Shown piece after piece: positions 37,001 to 52,000 of a stretch of 64,000 bases of DNA. The stretch comes from Botryllus schlosseri (taxonomy: Eukaryota): positions 2,232,001 to 2,296,000 of the forward strand of contig CM119374.1 of the NCBI GenBank assembly GCA_051294905.1. Direction: 5' to 3'. Made by a program: the position numbers and the translations under genes. The stretch's first letter is position 1. The number at the start of each line of letters is the position of its first letter. The notes beneath the pieces are model-generated. The model had not been told where the DNA came from and made no database searches. It saw only the letters and a program-made list of their open reading frames with translations.

Positions 37001-40000
37001 AATTCGGATTGGGTACATCTGATTCGAAGCATATGGTATGAGCCCGACCGCGATGGCTGTTATAACAACCTTGATTTGACCCCGAATATACCACATGCAA
37101 CCAATATATATATATGCAATTGAAGCGCAAATATTTCCAATAGTAAAATCTCAACCAGGAAACAGCGACCGAGCTTTGATCTCTTACCAGGACCGTAACT
37201 GGCGCATCCCAAATAGTCCAATTGGAGGTTCCGAGCTCGAAGGGGGCCCGAAATTATGTCGTTGAATGAACATAAATTATTTATACATCTCTTATTGACA
37301 ATTTATGCAACTCTTTTCCATTTCTTTCGCGCTGGACGGGATTTCATGTTGCCAAACTTTTGATTATAGAGTACCCTTCCCCCACGAAAAAAAAACATGA
37401 TTTATAGAAAATAAAAATAGGCATTTCGACGTCGACCATTACCACGCCGCGATGCACAAAAACATACGAAGTATTTGCCAATATCGTAATCTGAAAGATG
37501 TGCCAATAGATCGCCTGCGAGAAAACCTTTGGCAAAAAGGATTGCCCTTATGTTGACGGTGAACTTCGAAATAAATATAAGCCTATCTAATTGTCCGTAG
37601 CTGCCAAAATGGCTCAACAGGTCAAATAACATTTCTCAGAAAAAATTATTTGCAAGTGAAGAAATACCAATTTTTCGATAAAGCCACCACAAACGTTTCT
37701 TGGATCTCGCATTGTTTCCCAATAAATTACGGCATGATGTGTGGATGTACGTAATATGGCAATTTTCTTAATTTTTCTGAAAAGTTGCGATCAGCGTTTC
37801 ACAATCCAGTTTCAATGAATGACCAATTATAGTGTCCAAAGTAGGGCTGCATTTAATGAAACACTGTTGTAAAACAATTTATTTAAAAAATATTTTAAAC
37901 AAAAGCCATATTAAAAAAAAAGGTATTTTTTTAAGTTATAAAATTATGCCATAATTGTGTAAATACTCTCCAAAATCATGTTGCATGAGCACACAGGCAA
38001 TTACCACCCAATTTAGCCGACGTATATCGTTATGGGATGGATGGAAGTTGGAACCCTCAAAATAGTCGGTTCAACAGTTGTAGTACAGATATTTCGTCAA
38101 ATAGGTTATATTCACCCAATATTTTCAATAGTCAATTTCAATCCATGACGTCACGATTGAATATTCGTGACGTCATTGTTTAAAAACAAAAACAAAAAAC
38201 ATGTTTTAAATTAGGTCCTTCTTTTAAACATGTTTGTTTTTAATTGATTTTTGTTTTAAATGCAACTCTAGTCTAAAGGGTGTGTGGTACTATCACTCTC
38301 GCAGAAATAAGATCCAATGAAACACATTGAATCTCCAGTCCGATAGCCTTTTCTACACTTAACGCAAATTGCTGTTTCTTTTTGACTTAGCACTATCTAA
38401 AAAAAACAAGCAAGGTAAACGAGACGGACCATGGTAAATAAATAATAACATAATGAAGTTATAACGAACAACGACAGCTCTACTTGCGCCCCCCCCCCAC
38501 TTCCCCCTGTCCTGCTCACTCTTACTCTCTGAAACATATATATAATTATATTTTTGTTTTCATTTACTCCTTTTGCATCTATATCCTGCTTTTCCGTTAA
38601 TAATTCATTAGTTTCTAGCCTTTTGTTCATATTTTTATGTTAATTTCCCCCCAATTTCAATTTTTAACCCTTGGCACGTTTTTGGTCATCACTTTTTTTC
38701 CCCAAGGTAAAAAAAGTGACAAAACCTATCATTGAAAAGCGGGTAAAATTATCTTTCCAACGGTATATCATACGTCTTTATTAAAAAAATTTCCAGGTTG
38801 ACCCATTTTTAGACCAATTTCTACAGTACTACAATGTTAATGTTTGAGCCGTGTCAATAAGTAAAATTCATTGTGAAAGATGAAATCGGCTACACAAGGC
38901 TCGAATTCGAAATAGGAGTTGGATAATAGCGAGACCAACTGAGATAAGAAGAAAGCTACAACGCATCGCGCAGACAAATGAAGTACCTTTCCAGCTATAA
39001 CGTTTTAAGGGACAGCAACATTATCGCCGATCTACAGGAATTTATACGAGAATCGAAGCGTCACATTCAACTAATAGCTCATTTTGTGTTTCCTGAAATT
39101 GCTTGCTATCATAATGGTCAAAATGTCTCAATCGGCGTGGTGCCGAAATCATCGGATGCGAATAGCCCCACTAACTCTTTTTATACATAATTATATGTAA
39201 TCGCGAGTCGTTCAAAGTAGCAAGGGATGAAGCAACGAGCGACAAAGATTTTCTGATTGACACCTGCAAATTCTTCTGATGAATATATCACTCACTAATT
39301 TGAATGGGTCGCTGATATGACTTTTGTCATATTTTTTTCGACAGTGTGCCCTCCGTGTCGGAACAATTCGGAATGTTTGGAGTTGCAATGTAGATGTAAA
39401 TCAGGATATCACGGGATCAACGGCGATGAAGCCAACTGCATCGGTAAATCAACATGATTTCTACACCAGGCAATACATTTTATATGAACATCCTACGGGC
39501 GTTGTTGGAAGTAACAAATGATATGTTCCACTGGTGCATCACCTATTGGTTACGGGTTCGATTCCAACCGAGGTTAATTCCCAAATGTGCTGCTAAATTT
39601 AGGACATTTAGCTACGACTCTTGCTTCCCATCGTCATCCGATTTGGAACATGACATTTATACTTATAATAATTAGTTAAACTAACATTAGAGTTGAACGT
39701 TCAAATATTTTTGCAATTTGAAATTGAAGTCCGATTTCTCAAATATATATAAATTCATTTCCAAATAATCCATAGAAAACTGCCGGAATACAGTGTAAAT
39801 TCTTAATTTAAGTCGGCAATAAAATATACAGTTCAAAACTTTTCTGCCAATTGAGTGCCAGGCACGCCATCAGCGCATTTAATTGAATGGATTAATGAAA
39901 TATGGACATATGCCGGGAGCACGTTTACGGATAACACAATTTTACCATACAGCTTGATATGTGACATAAGATATTGGTGTGCGTCAGGGTGTCGTGTAAT

Positions 40001-43000
40001 AACTTTCGCAATGCAGCATCAATAAACTGCTCTAATTTACCATTTACTATTAAAAGATATCGACGAGTGCTTGGATGAGACATCTTGTGCTGCAGTCGGA
40101 CAATCCTGCCAAAACTTACCTGGAACTTACCAATGCAGCTGCACTGAAGGTTTCTTGCCGTCGGAAAGTGGAGACGATTGCATAGGTTGCTACGAGCCAC
40201 TTCGTCAAAAATGATTAAGGGAATTATTGTCGATTTATGAAATTTAGAAAACCTCTGTGAACCGACTGATTGTGGAGCAAACGCGGGTTGTTATGAAAAT
40301 TCAACAAACGATTGTTCCTGTTTTGTGGGATTCAAGGGCGATCCAGAACACGAATGCTCTGGTGAGAACACACAGTCCTACCAGCGCATACTATCTCCAC
40401 TTTCTCCGGATGAGGTTTCCACGTTGTAACGAATCCGTGAGGCGTTACTGCTATTTACGGAAAATGTAAAATATTTAGAGTATGAGACTTGAAGGACTTT
40501 GAACTCTAATTCAGGCGTACTTCGAAATTTGCGCACGGCTCAGTATATGGTTCAAACATACTAACGTCCTTATTGTGTCACATCATGACTTGAACTTGAT
40601 AAAATCGATTACATGAATGATAAGATTCTAAGTAACATATTAGGCGTCGAGGCTATAGTCAAGTATTCCAGTATCATTCATTATGGTTTCATTACCGTAC
40701 GGAAATTCTGAAAAATTAAAGTCAGCATCTTTCAGGTCTCATCAAACAATAGAAGTGCCTGCTCTGCGCAAGATTAAAACAATCAGGATTCTTTTTCGAC
40801 CATCTACGTTATGACAATGCTGTGGTCGATCACGAATAATTTTGATTTTTGGAAAGACTCCTCTTATACTGCTCGACACCAGTCATTAGAATTGTTGACC
40901 GATTCAGATCGGGGTAATCGAATCATTGCGCCTAGCTCCAAAACTAAATTTCAGTGTTCAGTATCTTCACTATGCCAAATACTTCAATAAATTCAAAGAA
41001 AGGCTAGTAAGAATTGAACGTTACTACAGAATACATGCCAGTCACCAAGCATATTACGGTATGAATCTAAATAAAATATTTATAAAACAATAAAAAAATA
41101 TAATTCGTACCCGAAAAATATTGGTGTCGGGTTGTTATGCATCCGGATTGGCACTACCAATTCTTGAGTACCGCCTCAGGACCTACCTAATTTCGAATTA
41201 AAACATAAAATGCGTATATTGTTAGCCAGAAATCAAAGCATAATACGGTGTATTTGAAAAAAACTCAGTTCGACCGTGATATATATCTCTATGCTTGTTG
41301 GTGCATTCACACCAAACGGGATAGGACTGAATAAGAAATCTCGTAAACGACCCTACGCAATGCTGAAAATCAATACAATCAATTTTTTTGATGGTATGGA
41401 CAAGCATTTCTCCATCTCGTTTGCGATGAAATGTCACGCGTGTACCAGCTTTGAGAAGTGTTCTCTCATGTGGCCTCTATGGCAATAACTCCGCTGATTG
41501 CTTAGGCAAATAAAGATCTCTCACTAATGATTATGGTTGTTCTTTTGCAAGCCTATTTTTTTATTCCAAGGCATGAAATTTTAAAAGAGACAACCCAAAT
41601 TTGTGTAAATATAATACAGAATACTTGTTTGCTCATTGAAGCTAGATTATTGCAGGTAAAACATGTTCCTTGCATCAGAATTCCTTGTTTTAACAGCAGA
41701 GGGGGATTGATTTTTTAAATTTGAGATATTTCATATATCAACTAGGCGATCTGACAGAAAAAAACCAACTTGACTACCAGTAAAAAAAAACATTGAAAAA
41801 AATTGAAATTTGTAGGCCAGTGCAAGTTTATTAATGATTCAACACTCACAAACTGTTTAGACATGTTAGACTTGTTACCAGATATGTTTAAACTAAATTC
41901 TGGATTATATGGGCTTATTATGATACCCATAGTCATGGAAAAGCATATTATACTGTTTCATGTTATCATCCAAAGCTATACGCTCATTGCGACCATATTC
42001 GCGGTAGAATAAATGAATTTTCGGACTATCGAAATTTCGGCGCAATATGGAAAGGGTAGGCAGTAGTTTATTTTTGTACTTGGTTGTTTTTCTGACATAA
42101 ACACCAGCTCATGATATTTTCCGAACGTCGAAATATTCATTGGTATCGCACATTTGTCGACGTTTTCTCTTCAAATGTCCATTTTATGGAATTGCATATG
42201 CTTGCTTTACTGAAATGCAATCCACACGCACACGGGATTTCCCACTAATTGTCGCTGCATCGATGATTTCAATTGTATATGTATTGGTTTGGTATTTGAC
42301 TACCTGGATTTGAGGTTTTATCAACTAATTTGGAATAGTAATTAATAATTGAGACTTCTATAGACATTGATGAATGCGCATCATATGTGGCCGCGTGCTT
42401 CGATACTGAAATCTGTCGGAATACGATCGGCTCCTATTACTGCGAATGTATTGTTGGGTACACAAGGAATGAAAATGGAGTTTGCATTCCAAGTGAGTAG
42501 CGTACTCATACTATACCGCCGTTTATTACCCTTGTGTTTACCTACTATGCTGCAAAAGATGTTGGAGTAATGAGCATGAGTAATTTGAAAGACCGACGTC
42601 TAACGACATACTTATACTAAAAAGTATCGTTGGTGCTGTTGTCAATTATATACAAAGCAATAATCACACGCGCAGTTTTTACACTTGCTGTATGAAATGC
42701 ATTGCTATTAAAAAACTTGCTATATGAATCTCTCATCATTATGAAACTCGTTGTTCTGACTTCCCCATTTTCTCCCAGTTTTATATTATGGAAATAAATT
42801 TTGGTTGTACCAAAATATTTGGATTTTTAGAATCGCTCAATATCGTCGTGGCATTTCGAATGCTCAATAAGATGCGTGATTTCGTTGAGAAAATATAACA
42901 ATATATGCACATAATTATAATATATTGGTTGCCTGCCTGGCTAGACGATTATATAGCGACAATGGCGTGTAGCACCTTTACATCATCTCTTCGGTGCCGG

Positions 43001-46000
43001 GTTATAAAATAGAAAATACCGGTATGAATGCCCCTAAACTTAATTTCGTATTGTTTTCATGAAGTAGACTCCCCTGGATATACCGCGGTCGCCACTTACA
43101 GTTGCAGTGGAGTGAATTTAACAATGTAGTCACTTGTCATGTTGATACACTGATCTCTATACTATAGTTGCTGACGATTACCCCTGACGAGTGTTGAACG
43201 AAAATATTCGGGTTATTTCAATATTAATATACTATTCAATTGTATATTGAAGTTCTGTACCTCCAAGAAGCTGATCGGAAGACATAAGAACGTTTTATAT
43301 TCAACGTATAGGGGGAGTTTTATTTTTGACGGAATCCGCTCTTCGTACTCGCGAACTTGTAACCCTTGATTAGCAAAAGTAAATTAATTAAATATATAAA
43401 ACCTTTTACAGATCTGTGTCCGCCAGATGTCATCCTATGCAGCAGTCTGGATTTCCTGATTGATCTTTGCGACAGTGCGAAGGATGACGTCACAAATATT
43501 ACGTTTCCTTCATCTTTAGCTGGATATTCCACGACTTCGGATACGACTTGTGGGGAAGATACCACAAACGGTTAGCTAAACAAGCATTCAATTCTATTTA
43601 CTATATAACAATATTGCATGCAAATAAATTGACAGTGTTTACATTCACCATACCGTACCGCAGTTATTGCCAAATTACCGTGGCTCCCTGAGATTTCAAT
43701 TGAAATGTTGGAGAATGCCGCCAGAAAATGTAGGTAGTATGATATTAAATAGCATTTGTTGAACCTTTCAGGTGTGGAGTTCAGAAGAAGTGTTAACTTT
43801 TACATAGTGCTTTACATAGTCACCGACTCCATAGTGTTATTATAGAATTTGAATCTTTTGAAAAGTGGCCTATTTTTGGAGTTCAAAATATCGTGACAAA
43901 AGTATAAGTACTCTAATAAGTCGTATACTTGCTCATGATGCTCATAGATTCTTAGAAAGTACATTGATAGTACCATCCACAGGTAACATATATGCGTCAG
44001 CATTATCTAGTGGATAATTGAAAATGAGACTTTTATACCCTTCAACAGTGCCTCAACACCTATTTAATGAGGCTGAATAACAGGCTGTTATCACCATTAC
44101 ATATTAGTGCGAAACATGGACTGGAGCCGGATTGGATAACCAGCTGGATTTTCTCAATTTTGGCTGGAGCCGGATCGTAGCCAGATCAGTACTTTTCTGA
44201 TTTGATACGGCCGGAGCCAGTTCGGTACTTTGTTGATACGGCCCGAATCATTATTGATTAGCATGACTTCTGTAACAAAATAACTACCAACCACACGCAA
44301 GTAACCGCCACGCGAAGTTAGTGCGAAAATAAACGAGCCATCTTTAAATATTCACGGAATCCCCGTACCGTGTAGGGCGGAGCATGGACCGGAGTCGAAT
44401 TGGATGTTCGGCCGGACATTTTCATTTTTAGCCGGAGTCGGATCAGAGTCGGATAACTACTCTTCCCGATAGGGCCGTAGCAGGATCGCAGCCGGACCAG
44501 AGAATTAAAAAAACAGGATGGCAATCGAAATCTGTCGATCCGCCCCGCACTATTACATTTCACCATTAAATTTTTCCCGTAATGTGCAAAGCTACTATAT
44601 TTTCCGTCTATCTCTGTTCAAAGCTTGCGTGGAATTGTGAAATTTACTCGTGACTTCGTTTCAGCCAACACACCACTTGGATCACGGTTGTGTGAACTAG
44701 ATGGAACCTGGTCGACAGTGACTTGGCTGACGTCTTGTGGAACTGGACTATCGGTGAGAACAACGCCAAAGATAACATAAGTAATACCTTAATGCGGATA
44801 AGTATCCAACAAAAAGTGAGAATTTGACAAGAATTTAAAAAAGAACAAAGTCTGACATATGCTAGCATACCTACATGGTTACTTTTTCTGTTACAATAGT
44901 GCTTTCAAACGCATGGTTGTCAGCACGATTGGTGTAACTGCTCGCGCAAGCAAAATTCTTTGTGTAGAAAAACGTTTGTTCCATAGACTGGTATAACGTA
45001 TCGCAATTAGAAAATCAGAGAAAATCTGATGATATCATATTGTCAATGGAACCTGAGCGAACTACTCCAGAAAATCGAGTTATATTTCATGTGATTTGAT
45101 GTGGAATTGCACAAGTTTGTAATTATTAGAGCTGGCTAAGTAGTCAAAGTAGCAACCTAAGTAGAAACAAAAGTGGGGAAGCAAAATTCTTCGAAAGTAT
45201 ACGTGTACAAATAGTGCTTTTTTAGCATAAAACGACTTGAAGATATATAAGAATTGGCCGGCCTCATATCTACCTAAGTAATGTGGAAATCCGTCATGAA
45301 CGGACCGTCTAATATTCGAAACAGACCTAAGCGATAGTTGCACAGTGCTAGGCCGGCAAGCCATGTAATGCTATATTACGATATGAAGGTTAGTTGCTAG
45401 ATTATCATACAGCATCTCGAAACGTTTTGCTGGGCCATACTCTGACGGAACACGCGATATGGACAACTAACGTGAAAACAATTCGTCACTCCAAATCTAT
45501 TTTGCGCGAAGAACTACGTTCTTTCGGGACTTCATTAAACTTTTTTAAAAATCAAATTTATGTTCATTTTCTATTTAAATGTTTAATTTCAAAGCTTTTA
45601 TTATTAGCGAGGTCACATATTTCTAAATATTTTTCAAGAGATGCCACGTTGTAAATAAGTTTTGGAACGCCATCGTTAAGGCAATATATTGCAAAAATAC
45701 GGTATTCGTCCTATATCTGATCGTTGAATTGATTCGTAGGAAGTTGCAAGTCAGTCGACTGAAAGCGAGGAACAACGACAACAAGTTTCAGCCAGTCTAC
45801 AAATCCTAACGTCCAATCCGGAAACAATCAATAGCGATGATGTGACTCTGACCTCGGGCGCTATACAAAATCTTACCAAGTCAGCGGAGGATATCACAAA
45901 AACCGTGGGTATTTATTACTGTTCGACATATGGCTTACGAAAGCGAATAACTAAATAAATGTAACTTAATCGAGATACTCGTAGTCGAATACTAATCTGT

Positions 46001-49000
46001 TTCCGTTTTATCAAAATGTTATTGAAGGATATTATATTTCGAGATGAGCCAAGTTGTTGGACAATTATTTTTCATGCTATTGCTTCTGAGTGGGGCTATT
46101 TATTTTTGACATTGCAAAATAAAATCTAAATTTTGTCAAAATTGTAGCCTTAGAAGAAATTTCAAGCGACGTGGTGATATGCTCGACGTACTGCAGTTTC
46201 CTAACTGAAGCACGGTGTTGGTACTTGTTCTTATATGAAGAAGCGTATGATTAAAAATTGCGATTTAGACAATATTGTTAGAATGACGAAACACGGGGAG
46301 TCACAATCAGTGTATGGACTACTTCAGTGTTTCTAGCCAACTACTGTTACTCTTGTACGCTCTTTCTCCATTCTTGACAAGCTACTGATTAATGACGAAG
46401 AATTACTACCCGACAATGTTGTTGTGTTGTGCTACAACAAATTTTAATTATTTCTATTGTAATGCGTGATGTAACTACTGTAATTTTTCATATGTCCAGA
46501 TTTAGTTTTTTTCCTGCAAAAGCCAGAAATGAAGATACGTATTACATTACTAACAGTAAGGGCGAAAACGCCCAATCTTCATACATGAAGGTAAAATAAT
46601 GTCAAAATTTAATTTTTAAACATTTTTTAGATACAAAAATTCGTATATTTATGAGAATAAACTTTGATTAGGTATGCTGCCATTCTTTTGATTGTGAGTT
46701 TAAATCAGTTTACAAATTATTGCGAATTAGATATTTTTAACCCTAATCGAATTTTGGCCGAATTTTGCAATTGGAGGTGACACCAGCAGTTTTTGTTTTT
46801 CATTAAAAAAATTCCAACAATAAATGGTTTTCTGCTATCGAGATCAATCCTTATATACGACGAATACACCTATATTTACGCTCTTTTGTTACAGCTTCAC
46901 TGGCTGCAGGTAACACTGATAAACGAATTTTAAAAATGGCAGAACCTCTGAGAATCGTTTCTGGAGTTTGCAAGGTTGCTGATTACGAATATCTCATTGG
47001 TTTTGTCAGATTGACTCATGTTAAGAATATACTCATACCCATAAAAATGCCCTAAATTACTGTATTCACTGTGGAATAGTTCACTTGCCAGGAAGTAAAT
47101 CGTAGTTTTGTCTTATTTTATACTGCGAAAATATAGATAATTGATTATGAAGAACCCTCATGTCGTTACAGTTATTCTATCAATATTACCATGACCGGAT
47201 GCGAAATATTGGTTTGTCGAAAAAGCAGTTTGTCTAGTCTAGACTTGTACTTTTGCACAACGGAATTATATATTCTCCTGTACCAATTGGTCATTCTACT
47301 AAGACTAAAGAGAAGTACGAAGCTATCAAAGTTATCCTCGAAAAGCTTAACTTAACTACAATACTCCTTTGCTCTAATCTCTTTGTCTCGTAACTGGTAA
47401 CTTTTCCACCAAGTCAACAAAGTGGATATACCTATTATACCTATCAAACGAGAAGCAAAATCTGGTATCTTTGCTAAATTTCAGATGTGAATACGAATGA
47501 AAGATTCCAATGTCATATTAGGAAGGAGTTCAATGCATGAAATTTATCATAAAATATCGTAAATAAAACTTTTTAGAAGATCGCAAAGCATCCAACTACA
47601 ATCAGTTGGTCCGAAAATTTGTATCTTGATATGGAAACCCTCGAACAAACATGACCATAAAATTCCACTTCCTGTCCAGTCATCTTGATATATTTCCTGG
47701 TCATCTTGTTGATTAGCAAGGGGAGAGGTTTCACCAAGACATCAAAACAACAAAAGAAAGATCTCGGCGCAGATGAGATGAAAATACAATGGCACACCAT
47801 TGCTGGAACCTTTCGAGAAACTGCACTAAATTGCTTACATGCGAAACTCGTACAAGAAACAATTTTGCTTTAAAACAATTTAATAATATTATATCACAAC
47901 TGATTATTGTAAATTTACAGTAGGTGGTTGACGTAAAACTTATTGAATTGAGGTCATGTTATTTGAGTATCTCGCTAAATGCTTATACACATGCGTGGAG
48001 TTTATTTATGCACATTATAATCGTGAAAGTCTCCAATTATGACAAATCTAACACCCCTCAATATAGTGCTGTCGCAGTATTTTGATTTAAGAGCCTTCAG
48101 TGGGTGAAAATAACTACTATATAGAATGTCTGAACTTCACAGTACGACTGGGCCAATTTTCTATCTAGTCATCAAATCGAAAATCGGTTATCTCCAAAAC
48201 AAGAGACAATTTGAAATAAAACTAAGGACATATTCAGAATCAGTGCCATTCAGAACCGCTAAAATCACTCTTGTCTTTTCTGTCTATAAATATGTGTTGA
48301 CTAGTGCAATCACTGAAACATATTCCCCCGGTGTTATGAACTTATCGAAATGCTAATCCCCGATATCAACCCTCTATGACCGGCACCTTGTCAAGAACAT
48401 ATGTGTTATCGTCATGATGTATCGTCATGATTTGTTTTGATCTATTTATTTATTTTTGGTAAGATCGTCGTCACCTTCATTAATTTGCAGACTGCAACTT
48501 CTGTTATCACCACTATTAGCAATTTGATGGAGTCACCAGGCTTGTACGAGAGCGGTCAGTCAGCAGAGTAAGAAATGGGAAAGGAGATACATGCTTGAAC
48601 GACCTCTATTTTATTCATGTTTTTAGACTGCTTACGCAGCTGGATTTTATTGCATCCCTCGTTCTATTGAACAATACCGATGTATATAAAGCTGTGAGCC
48701 GAAATATATCAGTGGTGGTGACGTCAAGTGAGTTGTGTGATATTATTGGAATGTTGAGTGTGTTTTTGAATGTTGTACTAGAACTCTAAAACCAACCATT
48801 TGATGCAATATCGGTTATTCGGATTAGCGCATTTAGCGTTGCTTTAGAGTAGGGGTGTCAAACTCAAATTACGTCACGGGCCGGATTCAAACCTTCAAAT
48901 CGCTCGCGGGCCGCACCAATCAACTGTTCAAATGCACTTTGCATACCTCTGCTTTTCCACCTAATACTTTATTATCCAGCATATATAAACAAGCATCGTA

Positions 49001-52000
49001 TCACAATAGGTTTTATTAGCGAGCTATAAAATTGGTTAAAATACGATGATTGACTGGTTGAATATATAATAATGAACCGTTAAAACAGTGATGACGATAT
49101 AAGTCGAATTTGATTCAGCCGTAATCTGGCCTTAGCCATGTGTGTGCGTTGTGAAGAATACATGTGTGCGTTGTGAAGAATATGTGTGTGCGTTGTGAAG
49201 AATGCAATATGTGCAACTGCAAACGCGGTCGTTGGAATTTCGTTCAATAATATTAAATAGCGATTCCGGTTTCTCTGGATTCCGGGACCCGTTGACTTGT
49301 AACGGACACAGCAGTGCGAGCACAGATATTTAGATATTTTTGTGTACCTAATATATTCCTCATGTTAACTGCATATAGCGGTTCCGCGTTGGCGTTTTTG
49401 CGTCTGAATAACTACCGTACATGTTGTGCCATTCGTGCATAAAATGATGAAATCTATGTGCGCTTTTTGTCCTCTCGAATTGAGTGTCAATGTGACCTAC
49501 TTGGTATAATCCTAGTGGTAACTAGAGTTATAATCATAGTGGTAACTAGAACTAGAGTGAAACCACAACACCACAGTCGGGTGGTGATGATGTGGCCTGT
49601 GAACATACTCAACATTTGCTATCTTGAGGGAATATTTTCTTCCTTCAAAACATCTCAACATTTGTTACAAATGTGCTGGATATGACAAGCCTTTTTCAAT
49701 CTACTCAGAATTGCTTCGCGGGCCGGATGAAATCGTCTGGCGGGCCGTATGTTTGACACCCCTGGTTTAGAGTAAGCAATGCATATCCATCTATTTACAT
49801 TTAGTGTGAACCGCTATAAATGACTAGTGATGGGTGACCTTATTTGCACTTCCCTATATCTGCAACATTAACGTTGATTGCCAGTTCGAGTCCGACCGAT
49901 GTCGACTCAAGAATTCCGACTTAGTAGTTGGTGATGTTACACCACTGGTGTATCTTTGCTCCTAGTTATTACCGGCTGGGAGTATGCGATATAATATTTT
50001 ATCCAATACCTGTAGTTTCCAATCTTTTTAGACTCATCGCCCCTTATAGATCTTTTCGCCCCCACCCCATCCCTAAGAAAAGACTAAAATACTTGAAGTA
50101 ATAAACAACCTTACCACTTTACATTTCCGTGGTATTCAACTAGACCAGTGGTTCCCAGCCATTTTCGACCCATCGACCCCTTTTCAAGCTGAAAACCGAT
50201 CATCGCCCCCCAAATTTTGCGTACCGAAAATTGGGCATACAAACTGTAATCATCGTCGGGTTGACAAAAAAAAAGGTCAACTTTACGGCTCACAGCCTAA
50301 TTTGGTACTTTTGTTACTAAATTTCCGTGGGTTGACTAAAAAAAAGGTCAGCTGTTTTGACGCGTCATCGCCCTCTATCGCCCCTTCGCTATTTTCGCCC
50401 CCGTCGCCCCTTTGTCAATTTTCGCCCCCTATCGCGCCTTTCGTCATTTTCGCCCCCTGGGGGGCGATATTGCCCAAGTTGGGAACCACTGAACTAGACT
50501 ATATTCACGTAACTAAAGTTTTGCATGTATACTACTAAGATTTCCACAACTTTTGTCTTATCTTGAAATTGCCAACCGGTATCGATATTGCCAGCCTTGG
50601 AAAACGCAGGCCTAGACAACGGTGGGCTGAGCATGAAGAAAAAATCAACAGCGGAGCGACCGACACAATTTGAATACTGAAACATAAGCAATGTGATTCT
50701 ATCGGTTAAAAAAATTTGGAATCATTTTATTCTTTTATTCTCAGAGAGACCACGGTCTATAAAGGTTTGGGAGCCCCTGCTCCACAACATTAGTCTCGGG
50801 ATAGGGTCTGAATGCTGATGTTACGAAGTTGTAGTCTATCCAATAATACACTAGGGATTACACACATATCCAATGTCGTGTCGCTAAGAGAATTTGCGAA
50901 ACATCGATCTGGTCTTGTCTGACATATGTGTCAAGACACTTCCAGTGTGTTATCGTTTAGGGACGAAACAGTAGTTACCGCCTATTAGTTGGATTTATGT
51001 AGTGAAAAATGGTACAAGTGACTTTTTATGTAAATAGTCTCTTATGTCAGCAGGAAGTTAGATGACGAATAATGGGTCATAATGCGTGAATACCTTCTAC
51101 CCTTACCGATTCGACCACTGCAATCGCGAAATCCACGGATACTATTGTGCAATTTCGTGCTGCCGATATTCCTGTCGTCTAAGCTTTGTCCGAACTCTAT
51201 ACATAAACAAAAACACTACATAATAAATTTCATCAAAATCCCAAATGAATAATAAGCTAATCTCTTCGCCAGCAGCAAATCATAAAGGAGGATAGGCAAA
51301 TGCAAGAAGATATGTAGGCTAAATATACCATCTATGTAATGATGATCATCCATGATGCTGTAGAAACGATCGGCATAATAATTGATACGAACTATACCTG
51401 ACCCAGAACATATTTTTATAGGTACCTCCAATGAAGGCGGTGTTGGAGTAACAATGCTCGTGAGGCCAAACTCAACTACAATCGGCTTCAGAAGTGATCA
51501 ATTCAATCTCACTACATCATCAGCAGTAGCTGGAAACGTCATCGATGGACAACGGATACAGGCATCCATTCACATACCCAAAATTGCATCACGAAATTGT
51601 AATGAGATATTAGATATGGGCATTCGTTGCGCTAAGTTAATGCGGGATAAATATAACATTTGGATAACATGCGCATTTACGAAGTTTGAAAAAGTGTAAA
51701 GAGCAAATCAAGTTAGCATTGATTTCGAATGCATATTCCTTTAATAACAGCCATATGGATATGCAAGACACGCGTGATTTGTTATGTTGTTTGCAAGAAG
51801 AAACGTGGGTTCCATTTCCGTATACCACAATTTTGTGAATTTCTTTGAGTGGTACATAGAAATAGAATAGATCTTGAACAATTCATAAGTCATCGGAAAA
51901 TATTTGTAGAATTGGCTCATTCATCGTAGTGGTTTTGAACAATAGATCTGTTGCCGTCTCTGTATACATAAAATCAATATGCATTCATTGCAGATCTCCA

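Larger units (their letters stand above)
34623..38831. mobile_element. Long-TIR DNA transposon, Academ-like, non-autonomous
   Basis: ~160-bp inverted repeats starting TAGT(c/a)CTGTAGAA; CAA on both flanks; no transposase recognised. Confidence 0.6.

Noticed and set aside
41222-41488. Possible Tc1-like transposase remnant (VGAFTPNGIG)
   Set aside because: A single weak motif, with no TIRs or DD34E triad found
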